A stretch of 64,000 bases of DNA from NCBI GenBank assembly GCA_029884425.1, contig JAOUHV010000005.1, forward strand, positions 15,791 through 79,790. Reading direction: 5' to 3'. The stretch's first letter is position 1; each line of letters starts with the position of its first letter. The position numbers and the translations under genes are program-made. The notes under the pieces were generated by a model. The model did not search any database. It saw only the letters and a list, made by a program, of their open reading frames with translations, and was not told the DNA's origin. Shown here piece by piece: positions 1 through 10,226 of the stretch. Source of the stretch: Gammaproteobacteria bacterium. GTDB taxonomy: Bacteria; Pseudomonadota; Gammaproteobacteria; S012-40.

Positions 1-1081
1 GGCTGCAACGCAGTTGTGTGCCGGCGGACCGGCGCCGGGAATGGCGGATTCATGCTCGGGCGACAGCGGTGGGCCGTTGTTGCTGAATTATCCGCAGACA
101 CCGGTGTTGGCCGGCCTGGTGAGTTATGGGAGCGGGTGTTCGTCGGGTTTTCCAGGCGTTTACACCCGGGTGAGTGCCTACGCGGATTGGATTAACAGTT
201 ACGTTCAGGGAGTACGTGGCGTACAGGCTAATCACTCAATGGTTGATTTTTCCTACCAGGGGGTGGGCGAAAATGGCCTGCAAACGATCACCATCGTTAA
301 CCACAGCAATGGCCTGCGCAGTCTCGTCAACTCCAACGCTGTCAACAACAATTCGAACTACGTGACTCTGCAGTCCATCGGCTGCGATGCACTAGCCTCC
401 GGGGGCAGTTGCACGGTCAGGTTGAACCTGTACGTGTCGCCCAGTAGTAATCTGGAACAAACCATCGGTGTTGATTATCAGTTGCTGTTTGATAACGGTG
501 AAACGATAAATTTGCACGTTGGGGCGCATTTGCTGGCGTACAACATGGAGTTTAGCAATACGCTCGGGCTGAGTGATCCCGTCTACACCGGCAGTAACGC
601 GTCACGTGTCGGGGCTGGCTGGCAGCGGGTATATGACGACCAGGTAAAGCAATACGTGCTTTCCAGTGGCACGGTATTCGACAACGAGGAATCGGTGCTG
701 ATGACGCGGTTTGCAGGTACGGGATATCTTAGTTTTGACTGGAAAACATCGTCGGAACTGAGCTATGACGGTTTACTGTTAAAGGTGAACGGGCAGATCG
801 TTGCTAGTCTGAGTGGTGAGGCCGACATTTGGGATCGACGCACAGTCGGATTGACTGCCAGTAGCAACCGGGTGGAATGGGTCTATCACAAGAACGGGGG
901 AAATCAGGCCGGGTTTGACAAAGGCTGGTTGAAAAACGTGACCTGGAAGCCTGGCCCGGTGACCAGCGAGCCCAACGCTAAGGGTGGCCGATCGGCGCTG
1001 GATGCAGGGATGGTGATAGGGCTCCTGGTGCTGGCAGCCGCCCGCTTACGCCGACGCCAGGAACCCCATCAAACTCGTTAG
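1..1081 (+). CDS. Trypsin-like (S1) serine protease, C-terminal fragment; the gene starts upstream of the window. It has an extra ~280-aa C-terminal domain and ends in a hydrophobic helix plus RRRQ tail.
   Basis: The ORF opens with the catalytic-serine motif GDSGGPL and ...ADWIN, which marks the end of the S1 domain. C-terminus: [18 protein letters not shown]. Confidence 0.7.
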   Translation, partial: AATQLCAGGPAPGMADSCSGDSGGPLLLNYPQTPVLAGLVSYGSGCSSGFPGVYTRVSAYADWINSYVQGVRGVQANHSMVDFSYQGVGENGLQTITIVNHSNGLRSLVNSNAVNNNSNYVTLQSIGCDALASGGSCTVRLNLYVSPSSNLEQTIGVDYQLLFDNGETINLHVGAHLLAYNMEFSNTLGLSDPVYTGSNASRVGAGWQRVYDDQVKQYVLSSGTVFDNEESVLMTRFAGTGYLSFDWKTSSELSYDGLLLKVNGQIVASLSGEADIWDRRTVGLTASSNRVEWVYHKNGGNQAGFDKGWLKNVTWKPGPVTSEPNAKGGRSALDAGMVIGLLVLAAARLRRRQEPHQTR

Positions 1082-1359
1082 TGCATGGCTCTGGCCAGCA
1101 ACTCGTAGGCTGGCTGACGGCGCTCGTGCCAGCAAACCATTTTGCGCACACTGGGATGGGTTTGGTCGCGGCTGGAGTGCAAACAAATGTGGAATCCCAG
1201 TTCTATTTCCCGCTCGGCGCCAAACAGTTGCGGGTATTCGGCCTGTAACATCTGGTAGTGTTCGTGGCTGATGTCCAGCACATTGGCGGGTTCGCCGTGG
1301 ACCTTTTCGAAATGAAAGAACGCTCTGAGTATGTGTTCCAACATGGCTTTGCCCCTCAT
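1078..1359 (-). CDS. Hypothetical protein, 93 aa
   Basis: Intact ORF with no recognisable motif. Confidence 0.35.
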   Translation of the reverse strand: MRGKAMLEHILRAFFHFEKVHGEPANVLDISHEHYQMLQAEYPQLFGAEREIELGFHICLHSSRDQTHPSVRKMVCWHERRQPAYELLARAMH

Positions 1360-1705
1360 CTTTCGGCATAAAAAAGCGGTCTGTTTTGCCGTCTGTCCAC
1401 GCCTTGCAGCAGGGTGGATTTGTCGTACTCGCTTACTGTGGATTTAGCATATATTGGGCCGTTTTTTTTTATAACCACAATATGTAGTTGTTATCGGTGT
1501 TGAACAGGGATTCTTTAGTCGCCGCTGATGACGGGTCGAAAGTATTGTTTCTTGGCGTTTCAATACCTTACGCGTTGCTGAAAATGAGGGGTTGTGCAAG
1601 TGCTTATTTTTTTCTCATATCCCCTTGTTAATATCGGTTTTATTGCCGTGGGTGGTTATATAAGCTCCTGCGCCTGCTGTGGTCAGACGATAGACAAAAA
1701 CAATA

Positions 1706-2101
1706 ATGATCTCCCATCAAATCTTTCCCGAAGTCGAACTGGTGTCGGTTCGCCTTGAAGACAGTGTTGAATTTGCTGACGTAAAGCGTTCGTTGGCGGT
1801 ATTGGCGCGCAGTGACGAATATCGGCAGGGCTATGCCGTCATTGTGGATTTGCGCGACGCAAAACTGGGGTTTCACCCCCGAGACATGAAAAAACTGGTG
1901 TCGTGGAACCGCAGGCTGGGTCTGGCGGTGGGCAGTTGGGTGTTTTTGGTGCATACCCCACTGGAAACGGCGCTGGCTAAAACGTATCAGGCCAACGCCC
2001 GTGCGCTGCACACGGTGGAAGTGTTTTATACTGTGCGGGCAATATCGCAGTTTCTGGGGCGAAACGTCAGTGCCTACATTGCCGGCGGCGAGCTGGTCTA
2101 G
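1706..2101 (+). CDS. Hypothetical protein, 131 aa, possibly STAS/anti-sigma-antagonist-like fold
   Basis: ORF with alternating beta/alpha pattern (VIVDLRD...). The resemblance to STAS is weak. Confidence 0.3.
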   Translation: MISHQIFPEVELVSVRLEDSVEFADVKRSLAVLARSDEYRQGYAVIVDLRDAKLGFHPRDMKKLVSWNRRLGLAVGSWVFLVHTPLETALAKTYQANARALHTVEVFYTVRAISQFLGRNVSAYIAGGELV

Positions 2102-2667
2102 TGACGCTGGCCAGAACCTTTCACCGGTGTGGCCGAGGTGGTTTTACCCAGGCTGTCCAGCGCCTGGCGGCTGCCGGTATCCAGCCATAATTCCAGTGCG
2201 GCCAGCGGGTTGAGATTGGGCTGGTTTTGTCCCAGTTTGCGCACTGCCTGCAGCACATCCATCATCGGCACGAATTCTTCGCACAGCACCTGATACATGT
2301 CCGCCAGTTGCGCGTGATGTTCTTCTGACAATACCCCGTAGGCGCTGCGTCCCAGATTGACGTAATAGCTGACTTTCACCCGGCGGCGTTCGGCAATTTG
2401 CGGGAACAGGCCAGAGAACAGCAGACAGTGATCACCCACTTCGCGCAGGTTTTCCTTGCGTCGTTCGCCGTGGGCGAGAAAACTTTCCAGATAATCGGTG
2501 GCGAGAATGCGTGATCCCATTTCCGGGCGCTGCAAAAAACGCATCAGCAGGAACACCAGATAGCTTTCACTTTCCTGATGCAGATGCTGTTCGCATAAGG
2601 CTTCGGCTTCATGCACCAGCGAATGCCAGCCAGCGGTGGCGGTGGGTTCGACGACGATACTGCGCAT
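2098..2667 (-). CDS. Hypothetical protein, 189 aa
   Basis: Intact ORF, divergent from glyQ, no recognisable motif. Confidence 0.35.
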   Translation of the reverse strand: MRSIVVEPTATAGWHSLVHEAEALCEQHLHQESESYLVFLLMRFLQRPEMGSRILATDYLESFLAHGERRKENLREVGDHCLLFSGLFPQIAERRRVKVSYYVNLGRSAYGVLSEEHHAQLADMYQVLCEEFVPMMDVLQAVRKLGQNQPNLNPLAALELWLDTGSRQALDSLGKTTSATPVKGSGQRH

Positions 2668-2868
2668 AAGTAATCTTTCCCTTTGATCCTAAAAACAAAA
2701 TCGACCGGGATCGAGGTGGCCTTTAGCGTGGTACCCAACAAAAAAACGTATTTTGCTGACCAATTCCACTGCCAAGCGCATCACACTCGGCCACAAGGCG
2801 CTGATTCACGGACACAATCAAGGTATACTGTCGCCCATTTTTCTTCTGGGACACGCAAAGTTTCTTCC

Positions 2869-3783
2869 ATGACCAGTAAAACATTCGACCTGTCGACCTT
2901 TCAGGGCCTGATCTTTGCCCTGCAGGACTATTGGGCCCAACAGGGCTGCGTTATCACTCAACCGTTTGATATGGAAGTGGGTGCCGGTACGTTCCATCCC
3001 GCGACCTTTCTGCGTGCCATTGGCCCCGAGCCCTGGAGTGCTGCCTACGTGCAGCCTTCGCGTCGTCCCACTGACGGTCGTTATGGCGAAAACCCCAACC
3101 GTCTGCAGCACTATTACCAGTTCCAGGTGGTGATCAAACCGTCACCGAAAAATATTCAGGAGCTGTACCTGGGGTCATTGAAACACCTGGGCTTTGATCC
3201 GCTGGAGCACGACATTCGCTTCGTCGAAGACGACTGGGAAAGCCCTACCCTGGGTGCCTGGGGTCTGGGCTGGGAAGTGTGGCTCAACGGCATGGAAGTG
3301 ACGCAGTTTACTTACTTCCAGCAGGTGGGCGGTCTGGACTGCAAACCCGTGACTGGCGAGATCACCTACGGTCTGGAACGTCTGGCCATGTACCTGCAGG
3401 GCGTGCAGAGCGTTTACGATCTGGTTTGGGCCAAAGGCCCGCTGGGCACTGTCACCTACGGCGACGTGTTCCACCAGAACGAAGTGGAAATGTCCACTTA
3501 CAACTTTGAGCATGCCGACGTGCCGTCGCTGTTTTCCTGGTTTGACACCTGCGAAGCGCAGAGCCAGAAGCTGATCGAAGCCGGTCTGCCGCTGCCTGCT
3601 TACGAAATGGTGTTGAAAGCCTCGCACACCTTTAACCTGCTGGATGCGCGCCGCGCTATCTCGGTCACCGAGCGCGCCCGCTTCATCGGCCGCGTTCGTG
3701 CCCTGGCCCGCGCCGTGGCCCAGGCGTATTACGACAACCGTGAAAAACTCGGTTTCCCCATGGTGCAAGGAGGTCAGAAATAA
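2869..3783 (+). CDS. glyQ: Glycine--tRNA ligase alpha subunit
   Basis: [27 protein letters not shown]... matches GlyQ along its full length. The internal ATG at 2869 gives the canonical ~304 aa; the 2683 start in the ORF track is an upstream extension. Confidence 0.95.
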   Translation: MTSKTFDLSTFQGLIFALQDYWAQQGCVITQPFDMEVGAGTFHPATFLRAIGPEPWSAAYVQPSRRPTDGRYGENPNRLQHYYQFQVVIKPSPKNIQELYLGSLKHLGFDPLEHDIRFVEDDWESPTLGAWGLGWEVWLNGMEVTQFTYFQQVGGLDCKPVTGEITYGLERLAMYLQGVQSVYDLVWAKGPLGTVTYGDVFHQNEVEMSTYNFEHADVPSLFSWFDTCEAQSQKLIEAGLPLPAYEMVLKASHTFNLLDARRAISVTERARFIGRVRALARAVAQAYYDNREKLGFPMVQGGQK

Positions 3784-5873
3784 TGGCTGATGTACGCGAC
3801 TTCCTGGTTGAGCTGGGAACAGAAGAGCTGCCGCCCAAGGCGTTGGAAAAACTGTCCGATGCCTTTGCCGACGGCATCGTCGAAGGGCTGAAAAAAGCCG
3901 AACTGAAACATGGCGAAGTAATTACTTACGCCGCGCCAAGACGTTTGGCGGTAATGATCAAAGGTCTGCAAAGCAAGCAGGCGGACAAAGTTTCCGAACG
4001 TCGTGGTCCGGCGGTGCAGTCGGCCTACAAGGAAGACGGCTGCCCCACGCCAGCGACCGAAGGTTTTGCCCGTTCCTGCGGCACCACCGTCGAGGCGCTG
4101 GAAGTGCTGAAAACCGACAAGGGCGAATGGCTGGTGTTCAAACAGTCCGTCCAGGGGCAGGCGACTGCCGCGTTGTTGCCGGCGATGGTCGAAGAATCGC
4201 TGCACAAACTGCCCATCCCCAAGCGCATGCGCTGGGGCAGTGTTGATCATCAGTTCGTGCGTCCGGCGCATTGGCTGGTGATGTTGCTGGGCAAGGATGT
4301 GATCGAGTGCGAGATCCTCGGCTGCAAGGCCGGGCGCGAGACCTTGGGTCATCGCTTCCATCACCCGGCGGCGCTGACCGTGGCCGAGCCGGCAGCGTAC
4401 GAAACCCTGCTGGAAACCGAAGGCCATGTATTGGCCTCGTTTGAACGTCGTCAGGCGGCGATCAAGGCGCAGGTAGAGGAAGTGGCGTTGAAGGCTGGCG
4501 GTACTGCTGTCATTGATCCGGCGCTGCTGGACGAGGTGACTGGTCTGGTGGAATGGCCGCATGCGCTGATGGGCAACTTTGAACAAGCCTTCCTGCAGAT
4601 TCCGGCCGAGGCGCTGGTGTCGGCGATGAAGGGCCACCAGAAATATTTCCATCTGCTGGACAAGTCCGGCAAGCTGCTGCCCCATTTCATCACCGTCGCC
4701 AACATCGACAGCAAAAACATCACCTCGGTGCAAAAGGGCAACGAGCGCGTCATTCGTCCGCGTCTGTCCGACGCCGGTTTCTTCTGGAACCAAGACCGCA
4801 AAAAGCCGCTGGCAGCACGCCGCGAGCAGCTCAAATCGGTAGTATTCCAGAAAGACCTGGGCACCGTGTTTGAAAAAACCGAACGTATTGCCGCACTGTC
4901 AGGCTTCATCGCCGGGCAGGCCGGTGGCAACAAGGCCGAAGCCATCCGTGCCGGTGAATTGGCCAAGTGCGACCTGATGAGCGAAATGGTCGGCGAGTTC
5001 CCCGAACTGCAGGGCATTATGGGGCAGTACTACGCCCGTCACGATGGCGAGGCAGAGGCCGTGGCCGCCGCGATGAACGAACAATACATGCCGCGTTTTG
5101 CAGGCGATGAGCTGCCTCGTGGTGTGGCCGGTCAGGCGGTGGCGATTGCCGACAAGATCGATACCCTGGTGGGTATTTTCGGTATTGGTCAGCCGCCCAC
5201 CGGCTCCAAGGACCCGTTTGCGCTGCGTCGTGCGGCGATTGGCGTGCTGCGCATTATCATCGAGCGCGGTCTGAGCCAACTGGATCTGCAGGCGTTGGTC
5301 AACGAGGGTGTGGCTCGCTACAAGGCGGCGGGCAAATCGTTTGATGCCGGACTGGGCAAGCAGGTGTTCGACTTTATGCTGGAGCGTCTACGCGTTTATT
5401 ACAGCGACATCAACATTGGCGGCGATGTCTACGAGGCGGTATTGGCCACCCAGCCAACCCGTCCCTACGATTTTGACCAGCGGGTGCGCGCGGTTAACGC
5501 CTTCCGTCAGTTGCCACAGGCCGAAGCGCTGGCTGCGGCCAACAAGCGCGCCAGCAACATTCTGCGCCAGGCGGCGGAAAAGGGCATCACCGTGCCCGCC
5601 AGCGTGGACACGGCATTGCTGCAGGATGCCGCCGAACAGGCATTGTTCAAGGGCATCGTCAATGTCAGTGAGGCGGTGAAGCCCGCCATGGCGGCGTTTG
5701 ATTACACCAGCGCGCTGCAACAGATGGCGGTGCTGCGTGAACCGGTCGACGCCTTCTTTGATCAGGTCATGGTCATGGCGGATGACAGCAAAGTGCGGGA
5801 CAATCGTTTGGCGTTGCTGGGCAAACTGACATCACTGTTCACCGGTTGTGCGGACATCGCGCGGTTGCAGTAA
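3783..5873 (+). CDS. glyS: Glycine--tRNA ligase beta subunit
   Basis: 696 aa. Its ATG overlaps the glyQ stop (taATG); this is the classic glyQS operon. Confidence 0.95.
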   Translation: MADVRDFLVELGTEELPPKALEKLSDAFADGIVEGLKKAELKHGEVITYAAPRRLAVMIKGLQSKQADKVSERRGPAVQSAYKEDGCPTPATEGFARSCGTTVEALEVLKTDKGEWLVFKQSVQGQATAALLPAMVEESLHKLPIPKRMRWGSVDHQFVRPAHWLVMLLGKDVIECEILGCKAGRETLGHRFHHPAALTVAEPAAYETLLETEGHVLASFERRQAAIKAQVEEVALKAGGTAVIDPALLDEVTGLVEWPHALMGNFEQAFLQIPAEALVSAMKGHQKYFHLLDKSGKLLPHFITVANIDSKNITSVQKGNERVIRPRLSDAGFFWNQDRKKPLAARREQLKSVVFQKDLGTVFEKTERIAALSGFIAGQAGGNKAEAIRAGELAKCDLMSEMVGEFPELQGIMGQYYARHDGEAEAVAAAMNEQYMPRFAGDELPRGVAGQAVAIADKIDTLVGIFGIGQPPTGSKDPFALRRAAIGVLRIIIERGLSQLDLQALVNEGVARYKAAGKSFDAGLGKQVFDFMLERLRVYYSDINIGGDVYEAVLATQPTRPYDFDQRVRAVNAFRQLPQAEALAAANKRASNILRQAAEKGITVPASVDTALLQDAAEQALFKGIVNVSEAVKPAMAAFDYTSALQQMAVLREPVDAFFDQVMVMADDSKVRDNRLALLGKLTSLFTGCADIARLQ

Positions 5874-5987
5874 GTCATTGTAGGCCGGGAGCTTTTCCCG
5901 GCCAAAATCCCTAATAAAATCCTGCCACTGGCCGCTAAACCTGTGTGAAACCGAATACTTGCGCGGGCATTTGGATTTTGTAGAAAA

Positions 5988-7619
5988 ATGAAGCTATTCA
6001 ACAGGATGCTGCTTGCTTTTGGGCTGCTGGCGATGACCGCTGTCCAGGCGGACAACTTTGCCTACGTGGCCAGCGGTACCAACACCAAACAGCCCAAGCC
6101 GGAGCTGTCGATCGTCAATACCACCACTGGCAAACTGGTGGGTACGTTGGTGATGCCAAATGAGGCCGGTGCAGTGGCGACCTTGCCCAACAGCAAGGGC
6201 AATCGGGTGTATGTGGTAGCCTCCAGTCAGAACGGTAGCACCTACATCCACACCATCGACGCCAATCTGAACGAAGTCACCGATACAACCATCTTCAGTG
6301 TTTACAACCCCAATGACGGTTCGGGCATCCGCATCGATACCGCCGCGCTGTCGCCGGATGATCGCTGGCTGTTTCTGGCGACCAATCCCAATACGTCTAC
6401 CACCGCTGGTGCTTCGTTGTATCTGGTCGATTTGAAAAATCACGGCGATCGTTTTCCGGTTTTCACCATTGGTGGTGGCAGTACCGCCCAGGCGATGGCG
6501 GTGAGTCCGGATGGTCATTTTGTGGCTATTGTGCGTTCCAATTACTGGGAAGGCGGGCCTATTGTGCCTAGCGAGCAGAACAAGGCGCAGTTTGTGTCGG
6601 TGGTGACCTTGCTGGATTTGCAACGCGTTACCGCCATCATTGATGCGGCCAAGGCACGGGAGCCAGCCGAACTGGAGTCCGGGGTTGCCGAAGACAAAAC
6701 CACCCTGGCGTTTATCAAGGCGAATGCGATTGCCGGTGATACGGTGTTTACGATTCCAGCACCGATGGATTTGACCCGGGAAAATGCGTCGGCGGGGCTG
6801 GTGTTCTCACCGGATCCCACCGATCCTGATAACAAGCCCTTGCGGTTATTTGTGGCTAATTCCTGGGCTGATACGGTGAGTATGCTGCAAATCGGCGCTG
6901 CGGATTCACAGGCCTGGCTGGCAGATAATCCCTCCTACGATCCCAACATTCAGGCGCTGTATAACGAGTTTCCCAGTCAATATACGTTACAGCAGGCAGC
7001 GGCTCCCATCCCGTTTCCCAAGGACAGCGCGCCCTATGGCCTGGCGATGACACCGGATAATAAAACCCTGTACGTCACCTTGTCGCGGCGCTGGGACATG
7101 GAATGGAATACCAGCACCATTCCGTTTGACGGTGACATCATGCTCGCTGATGTGACTGACACTCTCACTCCGGGTGCGCCGAAAAAGCTGGCAGGCGTGT
7201 ATCTCTGGGCGCCGAAATACACCAGTTTTCATCCGCGGGCGATCAGCGTACTGGATGCCGGGTTAGGCAACGGCGCGGTAAATTTGGTGTTCATCAAACA
7301 GGTGGTGGGCAGTACCACGGACGACAAAAGTCAGGAAGACGGGTATTACGTGAGCACTGTTTTGGCCCGGTATGACGAATTGCGCGGCCAGACCTCGTAT
7401 GCCGAGGTGACCCCTAATGTGAAGGTGAATTCCAGCCAAAAGGCGCCCATTTTTTTTAATGGCGACTTTGTTGGTGAAGACTGCGAGAGCTGCCCCAAAG
7501 GCCCTGAGGATGACCGGCGTCGTCGGCTGAATCCACCCACGGCAGTTGATCCATGGTGGCTGTTGCTGGTCGGCGCAACGCTGTGGGCAACACGTCGTAT
7601 CTATCGGATCAGACACTGA
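5988..7619 (+). CDS. Secreted beta-propeller (YVTN/lactonase-like) repeat protein with a Cys-rich segment and a C-terminal hydrophobic helix plus Arg-rich tail
   Basis: Signal peptide MKLFNRMLLAFGLLAMTAVQA, then repeated blade-like segments. C-terminus: ...CESCPKGPEDDRRRRLNPPTAVDPWWLLLVGATLWATRRIYRIRH. Confidence 0.55.
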   Translation: MKLFNRMLLAFGLLAMTAVQADNFAYVASGTNTKQPKPELSIVNTTTGKLVGTLVMPNEAGAVATLPNSKGNRVYVVASSQNGSTYIHTIDANLNEVTDTTIFSVYNPNDGSGIRIDTAALSPDDRWLFLATNPNTSTTAGASLYLVDLKNHGDRFPVFTIGGGSTAQAMAVSPDGHFVAIVRSNYWEGGPIVPSEQNKAQFVSVVTLLDLQRVTAIIDAAKAREPAELESGVAEDKTTLAFIKANAIAGDTVFTIPAPMDLTRENASAGLVFSPDPTDPDNKPLRLFVANSWADTVSMLQIGAADSQAWLADNPSYDPNIQALYNEFPSQYTLQQAAAPIPFPKDSAPYGLAMTPDNKTLYVTLSRRWDMEWNTSTIPFDGDIMLADVTDTLTPGAPKKLAGVYLWAPKYTSFHPRAISVLDAGLGNGAVNLVFIKQVVGSTTDDKSQEDGYYVSTVLARYDELRGQTSYAEVTPNVKVNSSQKAPIFFNGDFVGEDCESCPKGPEDDRRRRLNPPTAVDPWWLLLVGATLWATRRIYRIRH

Positions 7620-7680
7620 TATTTGGCGACCAGCCACATCTCACGTATCATAGCCACGTTTTTTCAACAGATACGTAGTT

Positions 7681-8232
7681 ATGAAACTGATCATTCTCGA
7701 CCGAGACGGCGTCATCAACGAAGACTCCGATCATTTCATCAAAACCCCCGATGAGTGGATTCCTCTGCCTGGCAGTCTGGCGGCCATTGCCCGCCTGAAC
7801 CGTGCTGGCTACACCGTGGCGGTAGCCACCAACCAGAGCGGCATTGCCCGTGGTTTGTTTACGGTGGAAACGCTTCAGGCCATGCACGCGAAATTCCGTG
7901 CCTTGCTGGCGGCGGAAGGGGGCAAGGTGGATGCGATTTATTACTGTGACCATGGTCCCGCTGAGGATTGCAATTGTCGCAAACCGTTGCCGGGCATGTA
8001 TCTGCAAGCAGCGGCAGATTTTGACGCGGACTTGCGCGACGTGCCGGTGATTGGTGACTCATTCCGCGATCTGGAAGCAGCGCTGGCGGTCAATGCCCGT
8101 CCCATTGCGGTCAAGACCGGCAAGGGTGAGCGCACGCTGGAATCGCACGCGGCGGTGCTCAAAGAAAAAAATATTCCCGTGTATGACAATCTGGCGTCCG
8201 CGGTGGATGCCTTGCTCGCAGGAGAAGTCTAA
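7681..8232 (+). CDS. gmhB: D-glycero-D-manno-heptose 1,7-bisphosphate phosphatase (HAD family)
   Basis: HAD motif I (DRDGVIN) and the CDH...CNC zinc motif typical of GmhB/histidinol-phosphatase-like enzymes. The synteny glyQS-gmhB-plsC matches Pseudomonas. Confidence 0.85.
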   Translation: MKLIILDRDGVINEDSDHFIKTPDEWIPLPGSLAAIARLNRAGYTVAVATNQSGIARGLFTVETLQAMHAKFRALLAAEGGKVDAIYYCDHGPAEDCNCRKPLPGMYLQAAADFDADLRDVPVIGDSFRDLEAALAVNARPIAVKTGKGERTLESHAAVLKEKNIPVYDNLASAVDALLAGEV

Positions 8233-8234
8233 AC

Positions 8235-8993
8235 ATGTTGTGGATTCGCTCGGCCATTTATTTCGGCTTCATGGTGTTGTCAGCCATCGTGTTTGGCGTG
8301 CTCGCAGTGTTTGCCCGGGTGATGCCGTTTAACAAGCGCGCCGGCTTCATCGGCCTGTTCGCCCGCTCCAATATCTGGTTTTTGCAGTTGGTCTGCGGGC
8401 TGAAGTTCGAGGTCGAAGGCCGGGAGAACATCCCCAAGCAAGGCTTCATCTGCATGGCCAAGCACCAGTCCACTTGGGAAACCTACGCCTTTCAGCAGAT
8501 TTTGCCGCCGATCACCTGGATTTTGAAGCGCGAGCTGTTGCGCGTGCCGTTTTTCGGCTGGGGTCTGGCGTCGCTGGAGCCCATCGCCATTGAGCGTGGC
8601 AGCGGCAAGAAGGCCATTATGCAAATCATCAAGGAAGGCACCGATCGGCTGCAAAAAGGCCGCATGGTGCTGATTTTCCCTGAGGGTACCCGCATTGCGC
8701 CGGGCAAGCGCGGTGAATACAAAATTGGCGGCGGTATGCTGGCGGCCAAGTCCGGTTTTCCGGTGTTGCCCATCGCCCACAATGCCGGTGAATACTGGGC
8801 GCGGCACAGTTTTGTGAAAAAGCCCGGTGTGATCAAGATGGTTATCGGTAAGCCTATTGAAACCCAAGGCAAAAAAGCCGACGAAATCATGCGTGAAGTG
8901 GAAAGCTTCATCGAGGGTGAAATGGCGCGCATCACCACTCTCCGCGAACATCAGCATGGCGATCGTCCGCTGCAGACGGCTCCTCAAGCCTGA
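8235..8993 (+). CDS. plsC: 1-acyl-sn-glycerol-3-phosphate acyltransferase family protein
   Basis: N-terminal TM, acyltransferase motif KHQSTWE and motif III FPEGTR. Confidence 0.8.
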   Translation: MLWIRSAIYFGFMVLSAIVFGVLAVFARVMPFNKRAGFIGLFARSNIWFLQLVCGLKFEVEGRENIPKQGFICMAKHQSTWETYAFQQILPPITWILKRELLRVPFFGWGLASLEPIAIERGSGKKAIMQIIKEGTDRLQKGRMVLIFPEGTRIAPGKRGEYKIGGGMLAAKSGFPVLPIAHNAGEYWARHSFVKKPGVIKMVIGKPIETQGKKADEIMREVESFIEGEMARITTLREHQHGDRPLQTAPQA

Positions 8994-9102
8994 GTGGGCC
9001 GACAAACTGGCTGAAAATGCTGCAGAACCGTATAATGACGCCACTTTTGCGCCGCTTTGGATCGGCGCTCCGAATTTTTAGTACTCCACATAGGAAAGTT
9101 CA

Positions 9103-10107
9103 ATGGATAACACCAACACCTTGAAGCAGTTCCTGACCAATGCCATGCGCAATGGTGAGAAGAACATCGATGCGGACCTGATTGGTCTGATCGAAAATGT
9201 GATGTCAGCCTGCCGCCAGATCCACGCTGCCGTTAACCATGGCGCACTGTACGGCGTATTGGGCAGTGCCGAGAGCGAGAACGTTCAGGGCGAAACCCAG
9301 AAGAAGCTGGACGTGATGTCCAACGACATGTTCATCAAGAGCACCCAGTGGGGCGGTCAGCTGGCGGGTATGGCGTCTGAAGAAGAAGACGATGTCTACA
9401 GCATCCCTTCCCAGTACCCACGCGGCAAGTACCTGATGTACTTCGATCCACTCGACGGTTCTTCCAACATCGACGTGAACATCACCGTGGGTTCAATTTT
9501 CTCCATCACCAAGTGCCCAGAAGGCGTCACCAACCCCAAACTGGCTGACTACCTGATCCCGGGCAGCAAGCAGGTGTGTGCCGGTTTCGTTCTGTACGGC
9601 CCATCCACCATGCTGGTGCTGACCACCGGTAACGGCGTTAACGGTTTCACGCTGGACCCAGCCACTGGCGAATTCCTGCTGACCCACGCCAAGATGACTA
9701 TCCCTGCGGATACTGCCGAGTTTGCCATCAACATGGCCAACCAGCGTTTCTGGGAAGAACCCGTACAGCGTTACGTTGACGAGTGCATCAAGGGTAAATC
9801 CGGCAGCCGTGACAAAAACTTCAACATGCGTTGGGTGGCTTCCATGGTGGGCGACGTGTTCCGCATCCTGACTCGCGGCGGTATCTTCCTCTACCCATTC
9901 GACACCAAAGACAAGGCCAAGCCAGGCAAGCTGCGTCTGATGTATGAGGCCAATCCCATGGCGTTCATCGTTGAGCAGGCCGGTGGCGTGTGTTCTACCG
10001 GTCGTGAGCGTACTCTGGATATCAATCCAAAGGAAATTCACCAGCGCGTGCCGGTTATCCTGGGCTCCAAAAACGAAGTTGAGCGCGTGGTTTCCTACCA
10101 CAAGTAA
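9103..10107 (+). CDS. fbp: Fructose-1,6-bisphosphatase class 1
   Basis: [14 protein letters not shown] and a full-length FBPase I match. Confidence 0.95.
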   Translation: MDNTNTLKQFLTNAMRNGEKNIDADLIGLIENVMSACRQIHAAVNHGALYGVLGSAESENVQGETQKKLDVMSNDMFIKSTQWGGQLAGMASEEEDDVYSIPSQYPRGKYLMYFDPLDGSSNIDVNITVGSIFSITKCPEGVTNPKLADYLIPGSKQVCAGFVLYGPSTMLVLTTGNGVNGFTLDPATGEFLLTHAKMTIPADTAEFAINMANQRFWEEPVQRYVDECIKGKSGSRDKNFNMRWVASMVGDVFRILTRGGIFLYPFDTKDKAKPGKLRLMYEANPMAFIVEQAGGVCSTGRERTLDINPKEIHQRVPVILGSKNEVERVVSYHK

Positions 10108-10126
10108 TTCGTTTTACGATTCCGCG

Positions 10127-10156
10127 AAAAACCCGGCCAAGCGCCGGGTTTTTTGC
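10127..10156 (+). terminator. Rho-independent terminator after fbp
   Basis: cccggc-caagc-gccggg stem followed by a T7 run. Confidence 0.7.
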
Positions 10157-10226
10157 TTTGTACGTATGCCGCGTTCGTTGAGTTTTATTTGCTTGCGCCG
10201 CTAACAAACAGAGTGATTCTGGGGCG

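Noticed and set aside
14-40. Start codon at 14 for the serine protease
   Set aside because: The S1 catalytic Ser motif (GDSGGP) lies only ~20 residues into the ORF, so the gene clearly begins upstream of the window. The Met at 14 is internal.
2683-2868. Long N-terminal extension of glyQ suggested by the ORF track
   Set aside because: Homology to GlyQ begins at the internal ATG (MTSKTFDL), giving the canonical ~304 aa. The upstream part is unstructured read-through.
3175-5720. Long antisense ORFs within glyQ/glyS (e.g. 3774..4793 minus, 4451..5017 minus)
   Set aside because: They overlap well-supported synthetase genes on the opposite strand and are GC-rich frame artefacts.
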